Shown in pieces: positions 1 to 12,561 of a stretch of 48,635 nt of DNA; the first letter of the stretch is position 1; every line of letters starts with the position of its first letter. Made by a program: the position numbers and the translations under genes. The notes beneath the pieces are model-generated. The model was not told where the DNA came from, did not search any database, and saw only the letters and a program-made list of their open reading frames with translations. Origin of the DNA: Chromera velia (Eukaryota); the NCBI GenBank assembly GCA_018398765.1, contig JAHBMJ010000359.1:1-48635 (forward strand), read 5' to 3'.

Positions 1-2545
1 CCCCCTTCATTCCCTTCTAAGTCCAGGGTCTGCAGAGAGAGCAGCTTTCTCGTCTGCAGGGCCTTGCCCAGTGCCTCCACTCCCTTTGCCTTCGCCCTCG
101 TTCGGGCAAGCTTGAGGGACTGGAGAGGGATCACCGCAGAGGGTGAGAGGGGGGAAGAGAGACTCTGGGCAACTGTGGTGACCCCAGAAGGGCCGAGGGG
201 GTTGTCACTCAGGTCAAGATGCAGAAGAGTCGGAAGCAGAGTTGGGAGACCCCCAGTCTGAGAGGCAGAACACAGCGTCTCCATGGAAGCGCCTCTGAGT
301 CGATTTCCTGCAAGACCCATGCAGACAGATGAGCATGCAGGGACCGCAAGCAGAGCGATCGAGGCCGTGGCAGCTGATCGATCGTTGGGGGGGGCAGCTG
401 TGAGAGTGCGACATGGGATAGGCGAGAGGAAGACGGAGCACAAAGTGAGAACGGCAGCAATGAGCGACCACCCGCATGCGGCTGAAAAAAAAGGAGGTGG
501 CAGACAACAGCCAAATCGATCACTTCGATCCCTTTGAGCATAGGGCGGTCAGGTCGATCTTTCTTGGCACCCCTCAAGTCAGCCAGCCCAAGGTCCCCCT
601 GACCGACCGGAGAGGTCCAGTGACTCCACAGAGCGCGGGAGTGACTGTACAATCGCAACACTGGCCTCATCACTATCACACTCTGCGGAAAGTAAGGGGA
701 AAAGAAAAGCATGCAACATAGAGGGACCATCGATCATTGGTGGAGGGATCCAGTGGGATCTCTGACGCACGCACGGATGACCTGTCACTCCAGCAACGTA
801 AAGCGACGAGTGGGTGGGTGTGATGACGCAAATTGAGCGATGTGAATGTGGGTTGGGTATTCCGTTCCTCACCCTCAAGCAGCGAAGTCCGGTTGCACAG
901 CCACAGAAGGGTGCAGATACTGTCGCATTGTCTTTCTGACTCTCTCGTTGTTCCACTGAAGCAAAGCCTCGAGATAAGAAGTTCGCTTGTCTGCAGAAAT
1001 GTTTTCTTGTTTCAGCTGAGAAGGACAGAGAAAGGGACAAAAAAGCCGAGAGAGAACACAGAACTGACGGGCAAGGTTCAGGGATCGCAGAGAGTTCCCT
1101 CGTGTTCCTTCGTTGCCTTCTTCTCTGATTCGCTGAAGGAAGGAGAGGAGCACCGGCAGGGCCGCATTCTTGCACACGTAGGGGCCTGCAAACAAAGATC
1201 ACAGAAGGGAAGGTGTACGATACGCAGGGATGATGGACGGACGGAATTTGATCTCGGCGTGTTTGTTGTCTTCCGGAAAGGGTTAATCGGATTTGCTTTC
1301 TCGGCGTTCAAATTTTCGGTGATCCGCTTTCCGTTTCCTGCCGCGTTGTCTCCTTCATTCTCCCCACCCCTCACCTTGTGCCCTTTCTCCTGCTTCTCTT
1401 CCTTGAGGTTTGGGCACAGCAAAGCACAACTCGGACCTACCGCATCTCAGCGTCTCCACAAGAGCGGAAGGAACGGAGCGTAACAGGAGATCTAGTTTGC
1501 CGGCACTTAGAGAAAAGCCTGCAACCAGTTGCCGTCGGGAGTGATGATGCGGAAATCAGCACACACGGGCATTCACATGCGCTCGCACTGAGAAACGCCT
1601 ACACGACAAACGCGGACTGACACCCGGACAGAGAAAGAGAGCGACAGGAACGTACACGAACATATAGCATGGTTTTTCTTCCCTTGTCACTGGCTCACAA
1701 GAATGGATATTCCACAGTCCGGCAGGTAGAGAAGCAAGGAGAAGACAAAAACGTGCCGGCAAGGAGAGAGAATCACGGCCCCACTCAAGCCCACACAGGA
1801 GTGCTGGAACGCAGAAGGCACAAAGACGAACGACACGAGCTTACGCCGAAGTTCGATGCGACCCATGCACTCTATTTCTCACGTACAATTGATGATCTGC
1901 GTCCTGCTTACCTGACAGATCAAGGCTCGGAATGGGTATACGGCAGCGCCCCTGCAGCCAAAACATCAGAGAAGGTAGGATTCAATTTTTGTGTTGCCAC
2001 ATCATCAGAAGCAAGCTTTCGAAGAACTCGGCTCTCGATGAAAAAAGAGGCAGCTAGGTCTTCTTGATATATGCGGCACTGTCTGCTTCAGCTGACCTTC
2101 TTGATGAAGTCGAAGAGCAGCCAGGCCAGGCCAAAGCCCTGTCGCTTGGATGCCAGCTCAGATGTCACCTGCAGCGGGACCAAATACAGCTGTATTGATT
2201 TGACACAAGGAACCGACCCGCGTTGGTGTACTGAAGGAAAGCCGGCAACCCGAGTCACAAGTACGAAGTTGGACGGACAGTCGCTCACCTCTGAAGCGGG
2301 ACACGCATGCCTGAAAACCACTTCGAACACGCTGATCGCCGAAGTGTCAACATTCAACGGAGCTGCACTGTGCGGTGAGTTCTCCTCCCCTGCAACCGGG
2401 CAGAGGACAGGGGAGACAGAGGGTGTTAAAAAAAAAAAAAACTGTCTGCCCTCAACTCCCGGGTACACACTTCACTGCAAGTTGATGTACACAGAATGAA
2501 CGCACCTGGAGAGGAACACTGGAGCTTGGCATCGGGTTGCGACAT
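1..2545 (-). CDS. Multi-exon leucine-rich repeat (RI-like LRR) protein, 3' end runs off the window
   Basis: Phase-consistent GT-AG exons on the minus strand: 2545-2506, 2389-2289, 2168-2097, 1951-1912, 1518-1441, 1185-1069, 682-608, 307-1. The spliced product has LRR units IPSLDLSGFSLS, LRSLNLAQC, VESLDLSGNRL, LLHLDLSDNPLG and LQTLDLEGN. The start codon (2545) is tentative. Confidence 0.75.
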
Positions 2546-3241
2546 CTCGTCCGGCAAAGCGATGGTATGCTAAAGGGGAACTCTCGACGTGATACCTGTG
2601 CACGCCAGAGACAGCCGAAGAACAGACTCAGCTTTAAGAACCGTCAATTTTCTTCTCCGCAGGCTCAACCTTTCAAACTTTCTGATGCTGTGCGTGCTTA
2701 TTTTGGTGTGAGTCTGTTTTGGTTTGAGATGCTCTCAAGTCCTGACAGGTCCGATCCGGATCGATCCGGGTCCCTCAAGGAATCTCAAGGATCCTAATGC
2801 TGGTTGTCAGCCGTATGTCAGCCGTAGAATGCCGCGGCCTCTTGCATGGGGTCCGACCATGTCCGCGACCAATGCATGCACTCACCCTCATGCAGACGCG
2901 CGCATGCAGGTCCCGGCCCGCGCGCAACATTAAAACAACGTACCAACGTACATCAAACAACATCAGCCCTGCAACAATACGGAGCTCCCGTGAGCTGGCC
3001 TTATGCTTCTCCTGTGTCAGCCTTCATCATCCCGTATCTGCAGCGATTCCTAGCGTGTGAAAGTGACGAGCCTTTGTTCAGCACGACGATGCTTCGTCTC
3101 TCTGTATATATTGTGTCGATCCACGGGAGTCGCTCTGGCTTGCAAAAGCATTTTTTTTTCGGTCGGCCGAGCCGTCTCTCTGCTGTTTGTCTGCATGTTC
3201 GTCCTTGATTCGTGAGCTTTCGGCCTGGAAGGCTCAAAAGG
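2546..3241. promoter_or_regulatory. Divergent intergenic region with TGCATG/GCATGC motifs
   Basis: Lies between the head-to-head LRR and ankyrin genes. TGCATGCA at 2873-2880, with further GCATG motifs near 2843 and 2902. TGCATGCA is a known ApiAP2-bound motif in apicomplexans; function here is inferred. Confidence 0.3.
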
Positions 3242-6084
3242 ATGGCGTCGACAGACTCAAATGCTGCAGCTGTTCTTGTAGCAAGTGGAATTCTAGGCTT
3301 TCTGGGTTTCTTGAAACTGTCTTCTGTCTCAAAGGCACTCCTCTCCCTGAGGGATGACCCCTCGTCGCTGGGATACGGAAGCGTGCACCCAGCTTTTTCT
3401 TTTGTGCATGAGAGGGATGACGTCTGGCGTTTCATTGATAACTGTTTTCGGTTTGACGACGCCGAATCCCTGCAGCAGTTCTGTGCTTTGAAGGGGGGCA
3501 CAGCTTGTCTCCCCTTTCTGTTCAAACGCGTAGTGGAGAACTCGCCGGCCTCGCAGAAGTGTGTGCAGTTCCTTTCGAAGCGGGGGGCCACGCCACTGTG
3601 CACAGAAGTCCAGTATGACCGCATTCCTTCCTTGACAGACGCACACTTCGAGGCAATGATCACTCACGGCATGATGCCTCCCAATTCCTGGTTCTCGAGA
3701 GCGGACGTGCAGGGGCAGGGGGAACTGTACGTCCCCATGCTCAGTGCATTGATAGAAGCAGACAAGTTCGGCGCGGCAGAGAGGCTCCTCGAGAAGGGGG
3801 CGAATGCCGACGTCTGCTCGTGGTATACTCGTTTTCCTCCCACACCCCAAACCAGCAGCCGATTGACCCCCCTCCGCATTCTCATTTCCCGATTGGCACG
3901 CGTCAGAGACCCAGAAGATCCCGTCAGTGTGTTGAAGAGACGCGAAGGTCTCTCCCTCCTCCGCCGTCTGGTGTGTGTATGCAAAAAGGCTGGGTGCCTC
4001 CTCTGGAGGGCACGGCCAGGGGTCCAGGGCGGGTGGGGGGAAGGGATCGGCATCATTCATCAAGACCTGACACCCTTAGTCCTTGCATGTATGTACAGAG
4101 ACGCAGAGGCAGTGGGGGTGTTGACAGAGGTACAGGATGTCAATGTTGCTCTTGTGAAGGCTCCTTCTAGGGCTCTTTCCATTCTCTTCCATGTGCTGGG
4201 CCCCACCTGTCGCAATGGTGTCAGTACAGACACAGTTGACTCCCTTTCTGCAGCGACGATAGGACGACTGACCAATTGGGGGGGAGTGGATGTGAATGCA
4301 GTGGACACAAACGGTCACACAGCCCTGTCCCTTGCATGTTCGCTAGGGATGCCGAAAAGTGCAGAGGCGCTCATGAAAGGGGGTTCGACGCTAGGGATGG
4401 TGAAGTGGGGGAAACGGATGAGTGAGTCTCCTGTGCTGAAATCGTTGGAGGCAGATGGAGACTCTCAGACCCGAGTCACTCTATTCAGCCTGCTGCTCGA
4501 GTGGGCAGTCAGCAAAGACTCAGATAGAGAAGGGTTGCTTAGACTTTTTGCTCGTGAGTGCCCCATTAGACTCGTCATGATGACGACAGCAAAGGCAAGA
4601 AGGGAGGCAGAGGCTATCACACTTTTGAACGTCCTCGCTCAGAGGGGGTATGATTTGAAAGTTTTGATGGCCGACGGCCACACAGCCTTGTCCCTCGCGT
4701 GTGATCTTCGTCTGACCTCATCCTTCATCGAATTTCTCTTTGATAAGGGACTGTCAGCAGGGGGTGTGGGTGAGGGGAGAGTGCATCTGCCTCTTGTGGA
4801 GGCTTGCGATAATTTCTCCAACCTGAGAATCGTCTCTCTCCTTCTCCAGAAGGGGGCAGACCCGAACAGACTTGGACTGCGTCAGGGTGTTCTCACTTCG
4901 CCCCTCCAGGCAGCCCTAGATCAGGACCCCACGCGGCTTCAGGGGGGAAGTCCTCTCCTAGAGGCTGTCGTGAGTGTGGTGAGGGTACTGATTGATGCGG
5001 GGGCTCGATGTCCTCGTGCCCCGCCTCCCCTTTCTCAGACAGCGAGCGTCACTAGGTCAAGTGAGAACCTGGGGGCTCCTCCACTTCGGTACAGTCACCT
5101 TTCCCCTGTGATGAAGGTTTGTGAGATGCGGGACGCATGTCTGCTGGGATTTCTGTGTAAGAAGGGGGGGGCAGTGCCGATCGGGGAAAAGGAGCTGGCA
5201 GAGGTCGTTACAGTCTATCTTTCGGACAGAACCAATGACAGCGAGACGCGTGGGGAGGAGGGGGAAGAGATGCAGAGGGTCAGACTTCTCAATCAGTGGC
5301 GCCAGGCAGAAGCACTTTTGCAGGTTGGTGTTTCATGCACATGGTCATACATTCAATGGAGGGGATGGACGTACGTTGTCAATGCGGCAATTAACCGTTT
5401 TCCTTTCTACAAATTCGAGACAACAAAGACATTCTGTAGCATTGGACGATCTCGCTGTCCTTTGTGGCGATCTTTGGAGCATACAACGAGTGTTTCCCTC
5501 CGTGCTTCATGAGCTGTCTTTTTTTTTTTCGGGTTCCTTCCTTCACTTATTGCGCGCGTGCTCGCGAGCAAATACTTGAACATTTGCTTCTCATGTCTGC
5601 ATGCGTGTCCTTTACACGTCCTTTGCTCAGCCTGAACCTCCTTGTGAATCAATCGATGCAGGGCCAGACACTGACAGACGTCTCTGCCCTTCTCTTGACA
5701 CACTGGCCTCCGCATTCAGCGACGTCTCGACGTCCTACGCGCTTCGGTTGTGGGTCATGGCTGATAGATCTGATCTGCCTCGAGGAAGCGCGAGGCCCCG
5801 TTCTGCTGAAAATCATCGAGTGCGTTCCTTCACACGAGATCCTCTATGAATCAATCAAGGATTCCGAGGCAGAGAAAATGATTCCAATCGGCTGGAAGGA
5901 CGGAGTTCAAGCCTTGATAAAGAGAGCGCTTCCAGCCCTTGCCACCGCATTCTCACAGCAGCTTTTGTCTGCATTCCACCACATCATGACAGGAGCCCCC
6001 CTGCGGTTTGAAAAAACCCGAGGGGACCGCAAATCGAAGAACGAACTGGTACAGGAGGTGGTTGCTGCGGCTTGGCAGCTGTAG
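3242..6084 (+). CDS. Ankyrin-repeat protein (2 exons: 3242-5323, 5662-6084)
   Basis: Long ORF with ankyrin motifs: DVNAVDTNGHTALSLACSLG, DGHTALSLAC, LPLVEAC...VSLLLQKGADPN, RVLIDAGA. The phase-0 donor CAG|GTTGGT at 5324 joins the acceptor ATGCAG|GGC at 5662, in frame with ORF 5464..6084. Confidence 0.8.
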
Positions 6085-6109
6085 GTTTGCAGAGGGACTG
6101 AGACAAGTG

Positions 6110-6134
6110 TTGATTGATTGATTGATTGATTGAT
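6110..6134. repeat. (GATT)n microsatellite
   Basis: About 6 tandem TGAT units, directly visible. Confidence 0.9.
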
Positions 6135-6509
6135 ATGTTCCGCCCGAGGGCCTTCCCGCTATGTCTATCTGTCGCCAGAGCTAGCAGGGACTGTGTGCCT
6201 CATGCACTAGCGCGCATCCTAAACGGCTACCTCGAGAACCCCGGCATCTCCGGCCGTGCCCCGAGGCGGTGCGGGCAGCAGGCCCAGGCATGACAGTGAC
6301 ATCAGCATATTTGTTCCATCCACTGCACCCGCACCAACAATTCTGGCTTTGACAGCACAGTCTTTGAATTAATTATGATCAATTGGAACAGGCCTTCCTC
6401 TAGGCTTTCCTTTATACTCCGAATCTGGGATCAACTCTTCGGATTGAAATCCCCCTGGCAGAAAAAAAACTACGGAATTAAATTGTACCTTTAACTACTA
6501 CCTTAAGTT

Positions 6510-6759
6510 CCTGTGATGATTGTAATGTGACTCCAATCCTAGACGCTATCCCTATCATATTTGGAACTTATTGGGAGATTCCCCCAGGGAGAATTGGAAT
6601 ACCCAATTTAAATTTTATAGGAATTTGAAGTTTTAAAAGTAAACGTATGTTTATATAGTTTTTTAGGATTATATAATTGATCGAAAGAGGTTTTCTTCGC
6701 GCATGAGGCTATCGATCATCAATATGCATACGCCTAGGCGGGGACATTGATTGATCAAC
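6510..6759 (+). repeat. ~250-bp direct repeat, copy 1 (left flank of LINE)
   Basis: CCTGTGATGATTG...TTGATCAAC recurs at 9534-9769 with a few substitutions and one 14-bp indel. Confidence 0.9.
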
Positions 6760-9533
6760 GGTTGGGTCTTTCCTGGGAAGAAAGGCTGGCAGACAGCAAA
6801 GTGGGTGCAGTAGTAGATGGAGGAAAGACATCCAAGAAGAGAAGACAGTCTGTGAGAAAGCAGAGCACCCGTCAGGCTTGGTGGGACTCACAATGCCGCC
6901 TGATATATTTGAAGGTGAAGGAGGCAGAGGAAAAGGCAAGACATGTTCCAAACCCTTCCCACCCTCTGCGAAAAGAATATGTTAAACTGAGAAGGGAAAG
7001 AGCTCGACTGTTTGCAGTAAAAAGGAGTAAGCTCGAGCAACACACAGCAGAGAGACTAGCTAGAAAAGCAGCAGTTGACCCCTTGAAAGTTTGGCAATGG
7101 AACAGGAAAATCAAAATACAGAGGGGAGGGGATAATAAACCCGCTGCATCTTCTTTCACTCAGTTTTGGGCAGGGGTCTTCGACGGTCCTGGTCTTCCGC
7201 CTGCACCTGTTGGTCTGGCCTTCCCCCCTCCTTCTTAGCCCGCCTTCTCTATACACATGATCGAAGAAACACTGAGAGGAATTGACCCAAAGAAGGCGCT
7301 GGGTTTAGATGGGGTTGGCCCCTGTCACCTCTCGTTATCTTTTGGTTTTTCTCCTCTCTCCCGCTTGCTGCTCTTTGTCTTTTTCAATTTGTTTCACCTT
7401 TTTTCTTTTTGGCCTGAACGCTGGAATGTATTGCGCATTGCTCCCATCCCCAAGGGCCCGCCGAGTCTCGACTGTAACGAATGGCACCCGATCCACATTG
7501 TGGGGCTTCTGAGTAAGATTTTTACTTTATTGATGGACTTAAAGATCAGGAAGGAGATGAAAATTGACGAAAGGCAGCTCGGCTTCAGACAGGGGGTAGG
7601 GACAAGGGAGGCCTTCGCTGCTCTGTCTTCATTAATTCTCAGCTCCAAAAAGAAGAAAAGCCCTCTGATTGCCGCGTTTGTTGATTTCAGCAAGGCGTTT
7701 GATACAGTTTCTCAGATCAAAATATTAGAGAGGCTTAGGGAGGAAGGAGTAAGCCAAGCCGATGTTTGGATGATTCATTCGATATATAGTCAGGTGAAGG
7801 TTTGGGTAGATGGGGCAACAGAATGCTTTCCAGATGGTGGAGGAGTAAAACAAGGCGATCCTCTCTCTTTTCTCCTTTTTTTTCTTTTCATCAACAATCT
7901 GCATAAGTTTGTCAGCTCCAATAATAAAAACAGGAATCAAAGCTTGGCTGGGGGTACTGATAGAGAGACTCCTGTCAGACTGTCTGACGTTTTAATCGAA
8001 AGCATCGGATACGCTGACAACCTTGTTCTGTTTGCTTACAGTGCTTCTAACTTGCAGAAACGCCTGTCTCACCTCGAGGACTATTGTAAGGAGCACGGCC
8101 TGAAGGTGAATTTAAAGAAGACAAAAGTTATGCGTCTCTCCTCCCCCCACCCCGACCTAGTACCCCAGACCCCTTTCCTTTATGAAGGCAGACCAGTGGA
8201 AGCGGTGAGTAAATATAAGTATTTGGGCAACTGGGTTTTTGAGGGCGGGGACCTTAGTAAAACAGTCGAAGCCCACATTTAGGTGGCAGAGAAGGCTTTG
8301 GGGGCGGTGTTTGGTACTCTCTCTTCTCTGGGCTTTGTTTCTCCCTTTTGTAAAATTACTTTGTTCAAGGCCCTCTGGCTGCCAGTCGCGCTGTATGGAT
8401 TGGAAACGATCCCGCTGAGAAAGACAGATGTTGCCTGCCTCGATGCATTACAGTTATGTTTTGTTCGATGTTGTTTTGGTCTCTCCCATCACTCCTTTGT
8501 TTCGCCTTCCCTTCTCTTTCTCTCTCTCAAGCCATTCAGTTCTCTACTTGGTAAGTTGAGTGGGGGCTTCATCCAATGCATTAAATCAATCGACCGTGCT
8601 CTACCCCGGGCAGTGTGGAATGAGTGTTTGGCTGGCTCATGTAAACCCTTCGTTAAGACAGTAAAATGGCTGGCCGTTCCATTAGATTGCTCCCTTTTGT
8701 GGCCTCCATTGCCAAGCACGGTGGGGGACAAGTTTAAAGGGAAGGGCAAGAGCAGAATGAAAAGGGCGGCAAAAAAGATCGTAGAGGGTGCCTGGCTGTC
8801 CGACTGGTTGAAAGAAGAAACTAGAAACATTAGAGACAGAGACGGAATTTTTCCCCACCTTGCAAATCTCTCCCCTTTCCAATCAGAGAATCTGTTCAGA
8901 CAGTGTTTGGCTATGCACCTTCTGAGTGAAAGGAAATGGTGTCCGAGAAGTGAAATGATAGAGTGCAATGTTGAACCTCTGCCAAAGAGTCTGTTGCAGT
9001 CCTCCGCAGGCTTCCGTACGCTTTTCAGGGCTCTCACAGGGGGGGATATAGATAGAACCCAACCGGAACGGCTGTGCAATAAATGTTTGTTCCCCTTGCG
9101 TATGATCAAAGATGAGGTTCATGTTCTGACGGAATGTAAGGACACAGAAAGGGAACAGAACCGGCTGAAAGAACTGTACGAAATTGCGAAGCAGAAAGCA
9201 CCCATTGACATAAGAATACAGATCGCACAACGCATTGCAGGTGCAACCGGGAGGGGCACTTCTGATAATAAGAAAAAAATAAAGGATATGGTGTTACTGT
9301 TATGCACAATTCTGCCTAGAAGCGGTTCCAAAGCTATAGCCGACTGTCTCAAGAAGGTCCATTCTGTCAATAAGGCAAGTTGAGGCGAATCGATCCGATT
9401 GGCATGCAGGCTTCCTCATCCCCCCCCCCATGAATGTGTGCTCTGGGTTGTCCTCAAAGCCTTGCTAGTGGCTTAGGATTTGACGTCGCTAAATCTAGGA
9501 TTTAACCCTCAATCATCATTATCATCATCATCA
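6760..9533 (+). mobile_element. 5'-truncated, decayed non-LTR retrotransposon (LINE; RT + C-terminal CCHC)
   Basis: ORFs 6747-7238, 7257-8282 and 8283-9383 share one frame, broken by two TAG stops. RT motifs: KALGLDG, IAPIPK, QLGFRQG, FVDFSKAFD, GVKQGDPLS, YADN (8010-8021), YKYLG. CCHC motif CNKC...DEVHVLTEC. The 3' UTR has a stem-loop and a (CAT)n tail at 9512-9533. Confidence 0.92.
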
Positions 9534-9769
9534 CCTGTGATGATTGTAATGTGACTCCAATCCTAGACGCTATCCCTATCATATTTGGAACTTATTGGGA
9601 GAATTGGAATACCCAATTTAAATTTTATAGGAATTTGAAGTTTTAAAAGTAAAAGTATGTTTATATAGTTTTTTAGGATTATATAATTGATCGAAAGAGG
9701 TTCTGTTCGCGCATGAGGCTATCGATCATCAATATGTATATGCCTAGGCGGGGCCTTTGATTGATCAAC
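9534..9769 (+). repeat. ~236-bp direct repeat, copy 2 (right flank of LINE)
   Basis: Matches 6510-6759. Confidence 0.9.
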
Positions 9770-9828
9770 TAATTTTAACACATTGCACTTCACCATTAGT
9801 CGTCGTCTTTCAACTGTAAAGGTATAGA

Positions 9829-11714
9829 TAGGGATAGTTATCGTATCGTATCGGTATCGAATCGGTATCGTATCGGAATTTAAGGTTCCCAAAAAAAGGG
9901 GTATCATCAATAATTTTGATACTGACATAAAATTTTTAGCGTACAAGGCTAAAACCTAGTGTAAATAGTATCATTTGTAAAACTGTAAACTTTTTATAAA
10001 AATTTAATTCATGTTTTTAAAGAGTTAACTTTATTTAGAAAATGGGCTCCGAAACATTCAGAAGGCCAAACTATAAAGGGGGCTTCGCCTCCCTAACCCC
10101 CCCCTTAAAAAGAGTCAACATATCATAAGATTGAGAATAACTTCATCAACACGTCGTTCCTGGAAATCTTATGCCAGATACAAACTGTTAGACTCGATTT
10201 TATTCTGATGTGTGTGCCAAAATCACCCAAATGTAAGTGAATGTATACAAAATTTACAGCAAAACACAGATATCCACATATTATTCTGCACTCACGAAGG
10301 AACCATATAGATTTGCAGTATAAACAAGAAAGAAAAAACAAGCTACGCAGCAAGCAGCTTAGGTTGAACTCTCTTGAGCGACGTGGTGGTTGATACTCAG
10401 CGAGCGGAGTGAAGAGAAAATTGAGGTCAAAGGTCTGATAGTGTGCAGCGGTCTGTATGCTTATCTGTATGTGTGTGCATCTCCATGAAAATCAACCAAT
10501 ACGCAAAACGGCCAGCTAAGACTTCAAAGCTGCAACAATTGGGTGGAACACATCCATGGTGAGACACTCTTTAGCTTTCTAGACATTGGGGAAGCCCTTT
10601 CCTTCCTCTGCGGAGCGGCTATAAGTGACAAACTCACCGGTCATTCCAGGGAGGGTAAATCCAGTTCCGGAAAAACGAAAACAGCACTGCTTGCGGTATT
10701 AGGAGTTCTTTCTACATAAATGAAAGTATAAAAGAGACCAAGACAAACACGTTGGACTATAAAGGTTCCCACAGGGAAACAGATAGGCGGTCCTGGTCTA
10801 TGTTTTATGATTCACAGGGTGTGAAGACCAAACCGTTGCTGGAAGCTAGATCAACGTCGAAAAACGAGCAGCGAGTCGCCAAGTGGCAAGCTTTTGTAAA
10901 AGATGAGGTCATCAGAGCTATGTTCAGTGGCTGAACATCAATGGTAAAGTGGCAAGCTTCAATGGCAGGGTATAGATGTCACCAAATGACAGTGACCTCA
11001 CTCGTGACTGACCTTTCTGAATCTCAGTTCGCCCATGTTGATATCCTGGTCGATCCGGTCACTCCTGAAGCTCTAAGACGGCACAAAAAGAAGAGACAAC
11101 AGTGTGGAAAGACGATTCTTAGACTACTGTCCTTGAGCTGTTTGGACGTTGGCCAGTGAGCCAACTCCGACAGGGCAACAACGGGTTAAATAATTCTGCA
11201 TCCTGACTCAGAGGAGACGAAATTTCTATCCGGCCACCTAACGTTTATAATATGTCCACACTTTACCTTGTTTTTTCCCCTTCTGGCTGTTATGATGTTT
11301 TGATTGTCCAGAAGCGGTCTTGTTCAAAAAACGGAAATGATGAAGCTCTGTTAGATCGGACGCAGTGTATATACAGTCTTGTCTTGAAGCCAAGTCGGGC
11401 TTTTCTGGCCGCTGAGGCTGCATGAATTCGATCAGTGCACGTTGGAGCTAGCCGGTTTGAGCTGGTTCCACATTCATCCATGCATGGATCCGGTTGGAGA
11501 CGGACCCAGGTATACGTGTTACTGGGCCCGGCTGTGCCCGGTCTTTGCCCCCGGCCCGGCGCTCGCCTTGTCACATAGTAGCGAAGCTCCAATCCTTCAC
11601 AAGCTCTAAGCAAGCCGATACTAACCGATACTCGGCCGCTCAAGAAAGAACCGATAGTCAATATTTCAATACCAATACCGATACGATACGATATCGATAC
11701 GATAGCTATCCCTA
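9829..11714. mobile_element. Non-autonomous/decayed hAT DNA transposon
   Basis: TIRs TAGGGATAG(T/C)TATCGTATCG at both ends. Perfect 8-bp TSD GGTATAGA (9821-9828, 11715-11722). TATCG-type subterminal repeats. An 8-bp TSD with TAGGG termini is characteristic of hAT. No intact transposase ORF. Confidence 0.88.
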
Positions 11715-11910
11715 GGTATAGATTTAATACACCACAGGGGGTATGACTTAGTTTCAGATGAGATGTCAGCACTATACGTACCTCTACAGTCCACTCCCGG
11801 CAGGAAAGGGGGTCTCCCTCGGTAGCTACTGCGGTGAGTCCGCATGGTTGGTTCAAGTCTTCCCCTGTACTGTCCTGGGTGATACCTCAGGTGGAGTGTA
11901 ACTATGTCAT

Positions 11911-11970
11911 CCTTAACTGATGATTGTCGGCGCCTTAGGAGCTACGAGAAAGTGTCAGTAGCTCTTGGGG
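11911..11970 (+). ncRNA. Candidate type I hammerhead ribozyme
   Basis: Order of elements: CCTTAA, CTGATGA, stem II (TTGT.GGC/GCT-ACGA), GAAA, short stem III (AGT/GCT), CUC cleavage triplet, then TTGGGG pairing back to CCTTAA. The first stem II pair is non-canonical (U-A) and several pairs are G-U. Confidence 0.4.
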
Positions 11971-12561
11971 TCCGTGCATAACAGGGTCCGAGAAACTTCT
12001 CAGGGACCTGGGACTTGTGGGGTACCAAGTAGTTTTTTATTTTTTATCTTTTTATGTGTGTAGACGCATATACATGCTAGAAGACTTTTTTACATTATGG
12101 TTTCTACAATAATCTTTCAATATGATAATAGAATCTTTTGAACACATAGATATGGTGGAAAGACCTAGGAAAAGACCCTCGATCAGAAAGAGTCTAAAAG
12201 ACCCTTGGGCAGAACAATTTATATTTAAATCGAGCATAGGAGAACCTAGAGCCTAGCTTAGAGTAGAACTCGATCTAGAACTTAATTCATGTCTACTACA
12301 TTGCATGTTCAGATTCATGTTTAAGAAATACGAGAACAAATGAATAATTAAATAAAAAAACGAACGATGTATAACCAATAGCTAGATCAATAGTAATAAA
12401 AATGCCATTAGCAATGCTAATGATGTCAATTATGACGATGAATCCTTATAAATCATCGGAATACTGAAAATGATCAGAGAATCTTATATGCAGAATTGTA
12501 AAACCTCCGTCAAATGCTACTAAGTTACGCTCATTTAGCCTCTTGTTTCCAGTTTTTTGAA

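Noticed and set aside
2756..2769. 14-bp palindrome CCGGATCGATCCGG
   Set aside because: Isolated, with no supporting context for a function.
6545..6554. GCTATCCCTA matching the end of the hAT TIR (also in the second repeat copy)
   Set aside because: No partner TIR, TSD or subterminal repeats found; may be chance.
7236..8282. TAG readthrough or alternative genetic code in the LINE ORF
   Set aside because: The catalytic motif is also mutated (YADN) and other C->T/G->A damage is present, so decay is the simpler explanation. The ankyrin gene model also ends in TAG.
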